43,613 bases of DNA from a virus. Its lineage: Duplodnaviria > Heunggongvirae > Uroviricota > Caudoviricetes. The position numbers and the translations under genes are program-made. The stretch spans positions 1-43,613 of IMG/VR virus record IMGVR_UViG_2654587728_000013, one strand, 5' to 3'. Under the pieces are notes generated by a model. It was not told the origin of the DNA, did not search any database, and saw nothing but the letters and a program-made list of their open reading frames with translations. This document shows positions 36,733 through 43,613 of this stretch, piece after piece (the first letter of the stretch is position 1; each line of letters begins with the position of its first letter).

Positions 36733-37698
36733 CTACTGTCCTGTAGAAATAATTAAAGGAATACCATTTATTAAATTGAAGTAACTTTTATATCCAACAA
36801 AGAAAGCAGAAGGATACTTATCACTCACATTTAATCTTTTCCCTAATCCGTATTTAGTGTCTAACCATACCACAACTTCATCATTATGTTTGTTCTTTGC
36901 AGTCATGCGGTAAACATTTGGATATTTACCCTTAGGGCCACTATCATTTGGTCCGCTGGAGGTGTCTTTCCATTCTTGAGAGTCACCTGATTCATAACAA
37001 ATTGAACTGTTAGCATACAGTTGGGAAAGTGCAGTTTGTAGTCCGTAGTAAGTGTGTATCCTCACCTTTTCAAGGGGAACCATTTTGATATGCACATCTG
37101 CACGTCCTTCATTAAATTTCATTTTTACTTTCTGTTGAATAATCTCTCTACCAGAACCATCTTTCTTTTTGGTGTTAAAGCCCTGTATGTTAGACGTAGT
37201 TTCTATCACTAAATCATTTGTATACCCCTTAAATGTATCATTGACCATCTTCCCATCTACCCATACCTGAAGAGAAACATGCCTGGCTGTAGGAGAGCCA
37301 CTCTGGTTCCCATTAAACCCATGCCAGCCACCTGTGAACTCAGCTATTGGGTCATCACCATCTTCATTACTTTCTGCGCTGACCATAATTGGTCCAATGA
37401 TGTCCGTGTCGAATGTTTGAACTGTCGTTAACCCATCCAGTCTGCCACTGGGAAAATCTGTATACTTCCAAGAAAAATTTTTGTAAATCCTTGAAAATGA
37501 AAATATTTTGTTAAGACCAGTTCTATTAAGCTCAATTACCCGGTCTTCAAGTAGTGAATATTTGTACTGAATTTTTATGTCTGCGTTCGGAACATCAACA
37601 CTAACGTACTGTTTTTCTTTTGCAACATCCTCAGACGCTGTTCCTGCTAACGTGCAAGCTATGATGATAAACAAAGAAATTGATATCGTTTTTTTCAT
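36733..37698 (-). CDS. predicted lipoprotein, function unknown (AT-rich moron)
   Basis: 321 aa; signal peptide with lipobox-like IIAC; low GC; convergent with tailspike. Confidence 0.55.
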   Translation of the reverse strand: MKKTISISLFIIIACTLAGTASEDVAKEKQYVSVDVPNADIKIQYKYSLLEDRVIELNRTGLNKIFSFSRIYKNFSWKYTDFPSGRLDGLTTVQTFDTDIIGPIMVSAESNEDGDDPIAEFTGGWHGFNGNQSGSPTARHVSLQVWVDGKMVNDTFKGYTNDLVIETTSNIQGFNTKKKDGSGREIIQQKVKMKFNEGRADVHIKMVPLEKVRIHTYYGLQTALSQLYANSSICYESGDSQEWKDTSSGPNDSGPKGKYPNVYRMTAKNKHNDEVVVWLDTKYGLGKRLNVSDKYPSAFFVGYKSYFNLINGIPLIISTGQ

Positions 37699-37816
37699 GC
37701 CAATTTACCCGAAAACAATCTTGTAGTAATCATAACTTTTCTGTGCATTTTTTTCATTTTGTTAGATTTATCCACAAATAATGTGTAGAAACTCGCCAAG
37801 AGTGTCATAGTTTATT

Positions 37817-37834
37817 TAAACCATATATGGTTTA
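37817..37834. promoter_or_regulatory. 18-bp perfect palindrome TAAACCATATATGGTTTA
   Basis: In divergent promoter region between lipoprotein gene and lysis cassette. Confidence 0.4.
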
Positions 37835-37894
37835 TTGTGTATGATGTGATCACCAACTAATGGGGGTCTTTATGCACAGTAAACGGTGGTCACC

Positions 37895-38299
37895 ATGTCA
37901 GCCCAGCTAACCAGTGAGTCTTTAAATCAGTGGCTTAGTATGGGTTCTCTGGCTGCAGTGATCGCAGGAGTTCCACCCGAAGTGGCGCTTGGTGCTTTAT
38001 CAGGTGCGGTAATATTTATTACCTCAGCCGTTGAGTATCCAATACGCCGCCGGGTTCTCCTGTCGATGCTCAGCTTCCTCTGCGGGCTTCTATTCTACAA
38101 ACCAACTGCATCAATCCTTATCGGCGTAGCCAGCCTGATCCCAACTATCACACAGGATTCATTCGAGAAAGGGATCGTCTTCTCTGCTGGCGCGTTCGTG
38201 TCGGCAATCGTCGCAGTACGTATTGGTATCTGGCTCTATCACCGTTCCGACAATCCACGCGATTTAATCCCGGGGAGAAAAGACGATGACAACTCATGA
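37895..38299 (+). CDS. holin-like membrane protein (about 4 TM)
   Basis: First gene of lysis cassette; multiple hydrophobic helices; ORF track start is GTG at 37886. Confidence 0.45.
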   Translation: MSAQLTSESLNQWLSMGSLAAVIAGVPPEVALGALSGAVIFITSAVEYPIRRRVLLSMLSFLCGLLFYKPTASILIGVASLIPTITQDSFEKGIVFSAGAFVSAIVAVRIGIWLYHRSDNPRDLIPGRKDDDNS

Positions 38300-38594
38300 G
38301 CTGCTTTTACTGATTGCCAATGCGGTTATCTGTTCTGCGATAGCAATCCGCGTCGGAACCTTCCGGCGTAATGGATCGCAACACCGCCGGTGGGGTGGGT
38401 GGATAGCCTACTTCCTTATCGTGGCATCAGCCAGCATCCCCGTCCGCGCCGCATATGCAATCTGGTATCACACACCAATGGCCGCTGATTTATCAGAGGT
38501 CATCATCAATGCTGTCATGCTTGCCGCTGTTCTGAAGACGCGCGGCAATGTCGTGCAGATATTCAAAATATCGAGGTCTCAACATGGACATTAA
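38286..38594 (+). CDS. holin/antiholin-like membrane protein (3 TM)
   Basis: 102 aa; three TM helices, basic C-terminus; overlaps neighbours. Confidence 0.45.
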   Translation: MTTHELLLLIANAVICSAIAIRVGTFRRNGSQHRRWGGWIAYFLIVASASIPVRAAYAIWYHTPMAADLSEVIINAVMLAAVLKTRGNVVQIFKISRSQHGH

Positions 38595-39210
38595 CCAGTT
38601 CCGGCTAGCAGCCGGTATTACTGAACAACTGGCCACGCGCTGGTACCCACACATCACCGCAGCCATGAATGAGTTTGGCATTATTAAACCTGATGACCAG
38701 GCGATGTTTATTGCGCAGGTCGGGCATGAGTCCGAAGGGTTTACCCGGTTACAGGAAAACTTCAACTACAGCGTTAACGGTCTGTCCGGGTTTATCCGTG
38801 CCGGGCGTATCACTCCAGACCAGGCCAACGCACTCGGCAGGAAAACATATGAGAAGTCTCTTCCTCTGGAGCGCCAGCGCGCGATCGCCAATCTGGTGTA
38901 CAGCAAGCGCATGGGTAACAACGGCCCAGGTGATGGATGGAATTATCGCGGTCGTGGACTTATCCAGATCACTGGTCTGAACAACTACCGGGATTGCGGT
39001 AATGGTCTGAAGGTTGATCTGGTCGCTCATCCTGAACTGCTGGCGCAGGATGAATACGCGGCCCGCAGCGCGGCGTGGTTCTTCGCCAGCAAAGGTTGCA
39101 TGAAGTACACGGGAGACCTAGTGCGCGTCACGCAGATTATCAACGGTGGCCAGAACGGTATCGACGACCGGCGAGCACGTTACGCCGCTGCTCGTAAGGC
39201 ACTGTTATGA
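38584..39210 (+). CDS. endolysin, glycoside hydrolase family 19 (chitinase-like)
   Basis: [17 protein letters not shown] and QVGHESEGF motifs; start MDINQF (ORF track 38548). Confidence 0.8.
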   Translation: MDINQFRLAAGITEQLATRWYPHITAAMNEFGIIKPDDQAMFIAQVGHESEGFTRLQENFNYSVNGLSGFIRAGRITPDQANALGRKTYEKSLPLERQRAIANLVYSKRMGNNGPGDGWNYRGRGLIQITGLNNYRDCGNGLKVDLVAHPELLAQDEYAARSAAWFFASKGCMKYTGDLVRVTQIINGGQNGIDDRRARYAAARKALL

Positions 39211-39689
39211 TCTGGGCATTCATCAAAGCGTACTGGAAACAGTTGCTTATCGTAGTGATGCTTGCGGCGCTGGTTATCGGTGGAGTGGTTGCGTGGAAGG
39301 ATAACGGCGACCGGAAGTATGCCGCCGGGTATGCTCAGGCGCAGGCAGACCAGAAACAGGCTGATGATAAAGCCCGTAAACACGACGAACAGGAGAAAGT
39401 GATCAATGAACGTGAAGCGCAGCAGAGGATCGACCAGGCGCGTAATGATGCTCTTGATGCTTCCGCTCGCGCTGGCCGGTTGCAGCAACAGCTCGTTGCC
39501 ATCCGTGAGCAGCTCAGGCAGTATAACTCCACTGTCGGCGCTGGGACGTCAGCCGCAGATACCGGCGTTTTGCTTACCGACGTGCTCAGCAAATCTCTCG
39601 AGCGAAACCGACAACTGGCAGAGTACGCTGACCGGGCCGCCGAAGCCGGAAGAGTCTGTGAAAAGCAGTACGATTCGCTGACTAGGTGA
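39207..39689 (+). CDS. i-spanin (Rz-like)
   Basis: 160 aa; N-terminal TM helix then Gln/Ala/Arg-rich coiled coil; follows endolysin. Confidence 0.7.
   Translation: MIWAFIKAYWKQLLIVVMLAALVIGGVVAWKDNGDRKYAAGYAQAQADQKQADDKARKHDEQEKVINEREAQQRIDQARNDALDASARAGRLQQQLVAIREQLRQYNSTVGAGTSAADTGVLLTDVLSKSLERNRQLAEYADRAAEAGRVCEKQYDSLTR
39406..39681 (+). CDS. o-spanin (Rz1-like lipoprotein) embedded in +1 frame
   Basis: 91 aa; RBS AGGAGA; signal peptide with lipobox LALAGC; Pro/Ser-rich; fully nested in i-spanin gene. Confidence 0.6.
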   Translation: MNVKRSRGSTRRVMMLLMLPLALAGCSNSSLPSVSSSGSITPLSALGRQPQIPAFCLPTCSANLSSETDNWQSTLTGPPKPEESVKSSTIR

Positions 39690-40120
39690 CATGGCATTTT
39701 TCATGGTACTGATTTCCGGTGACGGTATATAAAACGGTACGGTAAAAATCGGTTTCAGGAAAATTGTTGTCAGTCAATTAGTTATGCTTACCGTAAATAA
39801 TTGAGTGGGAATGATTTAACGTCTGGCAACAGCCTGCACGTAAAAGCAGTAAAGTACCTCTAAGCCCGCGTAACTGCGGGCTTTTTTGTTTTTGTATCTG
39901 GCACTTTCTGGCAGCTGTTAGCAACGGGAAGCACGGTTTTTTCAATGGAATTTTTGATGGTACTCTCTGGTTTCGAATTCAGGTTTGAAAAAGTACCATG
40001 TGATAAATTTCGGTTGAGTTATGGTATTTATTTTTTATAACTCAATTAAAAACAGAGAGTTAAACAAGTTTTCTGAATTTTTTACAACATGGTATTTTTG
40101 ATAAAGGAAAACAATAAAAC
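39690..40120. other. candidate attP / integrase arm-site region
   Basis: Non-coding 430 bp upstream of int with repeated ATGGTA(C/T)T elements at 39702, 39955, 40019, 40088 and inverted copy AGTACCATG at 39992. Confidence 0.4.
39862..39893 (+). terminator. rho-independent terminator after lysis cassette
   Basis: AAGCCCGCG-TAACT-GCGGGCTT followed by TTTTTGTTTTT. Confidence 0.7.
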
Positions 40121-41311
40121 ATGTTGACTGACACCAGGCTGCGTCACCTTAAGCCGAAGGAGAAACTCTATAAAGTTAATGACCGTGATGGTCTGTATGT
40201 TGCGGTCACTCCGGCTGGAACTATTTCATTTCGTTATAACTATTCAATAAACGGAAGACAGGAGACCGTTACTTTTGGCCGCTATGGTGTTGGAGGGATC
40301 ACGCTTGCAGAAGCGCGTGAACGGCTCAATGAAGCTAAAAAAATGGTTGCCAGTGGAAGATCGCCAGCGAGGGAAAAAGCTAGAGATAAAGCTCGTATCA
40401 AAGATGCGGAGACTTTTGGTGCATGGGCTGAGAAATGGTTACGCGGTTATCAAATGGCTGAATCGACGCGTGATATGCGGCGTTCGGTATATCAAAGGGA
40501 GTTGAAGTCAAAATTTGCGCAGCAGAAATTGACCGAGATTACACATGAAGACTTACGCGCATTAACCGATAACATTGTCGAGAGAGGGGCACCGGCGACA
40601 GCTGTGCACGCCAGAGAGATTGTATTGCAAGTCTATCGCTGGGCTATTGAGCGCGGTCAGAAGGTTGAGAATCCCGCTGATCTGGTACGGCCTGCAAGCA
40701 TAGCGAAATTTGAGCCTCGTGACAGGGCATTGACGCCAGTTGAAATTGGTCTGATGTATCGGTACATGGAACGGGTAGGAACGACGCCATCAATCAGAGC
40801 AGCGGTTAAACTTTTGCTGTTAACGATGGTACGTAAAAGTGAGCTTACTAACGCAACCTGGAACGAGATCAATTTTAGTGAGGCATTATGGACGATACCA
40901 AAGGAGAGGATGAAACGACGTAATCCACATTTGGTTTTTCTTTCCAGACAGGCAATGGATATTATGATTGCTCTCAAAACCTTTGCCGGTAGCTCTGATT
41001 TTATCCTTCCTTCGCGGTACGATTCCGATGCGCCAATGAGTAGCGCTACTTTAAACCGGGTTTTGACACTGACGTATCGTCTGGCTCAGAAAGAAGGGGA
41101 CTTGTTACCTAAGTTTGGTCCCCATGACTTACGGCGTACTGCCAGCACCTTGCTACATGAGGCCGGGTACAATACTGACTGGATTGAGAAGTGCCTTGCC
41201 CATGAACAAAAGGGGGTACGAGCTGTTTATAACAAGGCTGAATATCGTGAGCAGAGGGCCGAGATGCTACAAGATTGGGCGAATATGATTGATGAATGGA
41301 CTAGTAAGTAG
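40121..41311 (+). CDS. int: site-specific tyrosine integrase
   Basis: 396 aa; N-terminal arm-binding-like domain (LTDTRLRHLKPKEKLYKV), C-terminal catalytic region with HDLRRT and conserved Tyr context. Confidence 0.9.
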   Translation: MLTDTRLRHLKPKEKLYKVNDRDGLYVAVTPAGTISFRYNYSINGRQETVTFGRYGVGGITLAEARERLNEAKKMVASGRSPAREKARDKARIKDAETFGAWAEKWLRGYQMAESTRDMRRSVYQRELKSKFAQQKLTEITHEDLRALTDNIVERGAPATAVHAREIVLQVYRWAIERGQKVENPADLVRPASIAKFEPRDRALTPVEIGLMYRYMERVGTTPSIRAAVKLLLLTMVRKSELTNATWNEINFSEALWTIPKERMKRRNPHLVFLSRQAMDIMIALKTFAGSSDFILPSRYDSDAPMSSATLNRVLTLTYRLAQKEGDLLPKFGPHDLRRTASTLLHEAGYNTDWIEKCLAHEQKGVRAVYNKAEYREQRAEMLQDWANMIDEWTSK

Positions 41312-41434
41312 TTAATAATCAGTGATTTAAGTGGATATACTTCTTTTATCTACGCCAGGAGAGCAATTTTAGCCGCTAAAATTTACTGAATCTTTACTGG
41401 TTTTATCTGGATTGCATAAAAAGGAAAAATAAAA

Positions 41435-42064
41435 GTGCCTGAGTTGTCTGTAATTATACAATGGATGAATCAATACCCTAAGACCGGCTGGCTATTGCTG
41501 TGTATCTATATTGCACTCGGTGTAGTTCGTCACAGAGTAATTAATGCTGAATCTGGAAGTGTATTTCGTGGACTACTCAATCTTAGGAAGCGCCGGCTAG
41601 AGCAAATGCTGACACAGCCATATTTGAATAAAAATGCGGTCCGTCTGGCAAAGCGTGAGCTTCGTCAGCGCAGCCTTTATCGGCTCACAGGCTTGTATAA
41701 TTATCGGCTGCAGGATTTGGCTGTAATAATGTGTGATCGTTATGGGTTGCGGGCTGGTTATCTCAAGCCGTGGCGTAACTGGCTCGAAGAACGGGATGGA
41801 CGGATTGTGTTCAACAGGAAATGGCATTGTTTTCGCTGGCGTCTTTTTCTGGTAGGTCAGATTGTAAACACAGTTCTACTAATCTTATTCATTATGTATA
41901 TAGTTTCTCATTCTTCGGCCGAAATGATCGCACCGCTTATGTTACTCTTCATGCTTGTATGGTGGTTTCCTTGGCTAATGATCACCTCGGTACCTACCCC
42001 TAGGTGGACTCGCGAAATGGAAGTCTATCTTGAGAAATTTAACGCTGAACAGACCATGGTTTAA
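41435..42064 (+). CDS. membrane protein, function unknown (AT-rich, integrase-adjacent)
   Basis: 209 aa; one N-terminal and two C-terminal TM helices around a basic cytoplasmic region; GTG start (ATG alternative at 41465). Confidence 0.45.
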   Translation: MPELSVIIQWMNQYPKTGWLLLCIYIALGVVRHRVINAESGSVFRGLLNLRKRRLEQMLTQPYLNKNAVRLAKRELRQRSLYRLTGLYNYRLQDLAVIMCDRYGLRAGYLKPWRNWLEERDGRIVFNRKWHCFRWRLFLVGQIVNTVLLILFIMYIVSHSSAEMIAPLMLLFMLVWWFPWLMITSVPTPRWTREMEVYLEKFNAEQTMV

Positions 42065-42641
42065 ACTGTTCTTTGTTACCATGCATTCAGAGTGAATTGT
42101 CAGAGTTTTGGAAGATTCCATCCTACGAGTAATACTCACAAGGTAATTCACATAATCAATAGGTTAAGTCATAAGCTTCTTGACCCTACATGAGAAGACG
42201 AATTTTAGCTGCTAAAAGTTTGGGCATATTTGGACTTAAATGCCACCGACATGATTCTAATAATTAAGCCAGTACCTAATGAGCCAAGAGAAGACAACTG
42301 TAAACGCCCCTTGGCTTAGACTTGCTTTCAGGAAAGCGAATGCTTTTTATGGTCAGGGACAAGTAAGGGGATGAGCCATTGCATAACCATAAAACCAATT
42401 CGTTCTATGTCATTACAGATCGGCTTCAGTGATTTACTGGTGAGGTAGTATCACTGTGATCCGTTTTGCATAACGCTTACAGCTGCGCTACAAACAATAA
42501 ACTATAATACTGTATTTTCAAAATCATCAATTTGAAGCAGGGTAATCGCGAAAAACCCTCGTAAGTGGCTGGTTATAATTCAATAAAGTGGATGATATTA
42601 AGACTTAAACTGCCACCATAATAGCTCGTGGATATACTATT

Positions 42642-43613
42642 TTAAATATTAAATTCTTTCCTCACAGACGCTAAGGCCTTGGACACAGCCTGCTTTGTCA
42701 TAGTTGTGTAGTGATTTTTTTCTAAAACCTGTGCGGTTTCAAACTGGTTAAAACCTTGGTGTTTTAATATGATTATTTTTTTCTTAGTATCAGTGAATTT
42801 GGAGTCAACCATTCGTCTGGCAATATTCCTAAGTTTATCTAGATCTGCTGGGGTTAAAGTTTGACCCTGCATCCACTCATGAAAATAGGTATCAATCAAT
42901 ATATCCCCTGTGTTTGCGTTAGCTTTATGCGGTTTAGCGCATTGCCGTCTAAGCCTTATTAATTCTTTATTGAACTGTTCGAGAGACCGCTTTCCTTGTC
43001 TGTATTTGGGATTCCATAGACCATTGGTGAGTTTGGGCCTATGGTCAGAACAATATCGATGACTAAGGACCTGTTTTTCATGAACGGGGAACTCATTATC
43101 GTTAGCAACAAATTCTGATATCTCACTGATCAACTTGGAAAATTCGGTTAGATTACCGCAGAACTCGCAATAACCGAGCTTACGCTGTGAATTTATAGTT
43201 ACTCCTTTTGCAGGAGAGGATTTCTTCGGCCGCTTGGATGCGCACTCACTGACTAATTCAATAAGAGACTCAATCGTAGCGGTAAAGCATTTATCAAGAG
43301 AAGTTTGTTGATCTAAAGTCAGAACGAAATTACGCAAAAGAAGTCTTTGTGCCTGTACTACGACGTTTAAGCCCACTTTTTTAAGTACATCACTAAATCC
43401 TAGATTTACTCCAGAAATGTAGTCTTTATGACTTGGTGGCAGGGAATTTACATAAGCAGCTACTGCTGGATCAATAACTTCCTGTATGAGACGCAGTATT
43501 GGATACCTCCGTGAAAATATGGAGTACGGATAACTACGCTCTACAAATAATTTAATTGCAGCTGCAACTGTGAGGTCACAGCCTTCCCAGATAGTAATTT
43601 TCATGTCAACCAT
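42642..43613 (-). CDS. hypothetical protein with C-terminal HTH (LuxR/sigma-70 region-4-like), possibly truncated at window edge
   Basis: 323 aa; AT-rich; C-terminus IIILKHQGFNQFETAQVLEKNHYTTMTKQAVSKAL; first ATG is the last 3 nt of the window. Confidence 0.45.
   Translation of the reverse strand: MVDMKITIWEGCDLTVAAAIKLFVERSYPYSIFSRRYPILRLIQEVIDPAVAAYVNSLPPSHKDYISGVNLGFSDVLKKVGLNVVVQAQRLLLRNFVLTLDQQTSLDKCFTATIESLIELVSECASKRPKKSSPAKGVTINSQRKLGYCEFCGNLTEFSKLISEISEFVANDNEFPVHEKQVLSHRYCSDHRPKLTNGLWNPKYRQGKRSLEQFNKELIRLRRQCAKPHKANANTGDILIDTYFHEWMQGQTLTPADLDKLRNIARRMVDSKFTDTKKKIIILKHQGFNQFETAQVLEKNHYTTMTKQAVSKALASVRKEFNI

Noticed and set aside
1-43613. LexA (SOS) box CTGT-N8-ACAG upstream of the repressor or antirepressor genes
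   Set aside because: No convincing match found by eye in the relevant promoter regions; a computational scan is needed before concluding absence.

Overview
The window reads as an essentially complete temperate phage genome (~43.6 kb) in a non-integrated permutation, with no host core genes at either edge. Calls rest on manual reading of the six-frame track, motifs and composition; no database search was run. Left to right: a minus-strand early-left operon (MT-A70 adenine methyltransferase, AlpA-like regulator, RecT, PD-(D/E)XK exonuclease); an immunity region (tandem-HTH repressor flanked by two triplets of a 17-bp operator, divergent Cro-like gene); replication genes (O-like initiator with an internal iteron origin, lambda P-like helicase loader); RuvC-like resolvase, HNH endonuclease, DUF551 protein; terminase small and large subunits; a podovirus-like morphogenesis block (portal, scaffold, capsid, adaptor/nozzle-like proteins, internal virion proteins including one with a lytic transglycosylase domain); a minus-strand Bro-N antirepressor module; a mosaic tailspike; a lysis cassette; and a tyrosine integrase with a candidate attP. 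The gene order resembles epsilon15/phiV10-like temperate podoviruses (inference). The most interesting unexplained signals are: the operator palindrome ATTACC-N5-GGTAAT recurring at 12 perfect sites genome-wide; a recurrent GTGACATGTCAC-plus-hairpin gene-end module; and several low-GC accessory insertions (a cassette between terminase and portal with a ~700-bp non-coding segment, a secreted/membrane pair, a lipoprotein, and an integrase-adjacent island).
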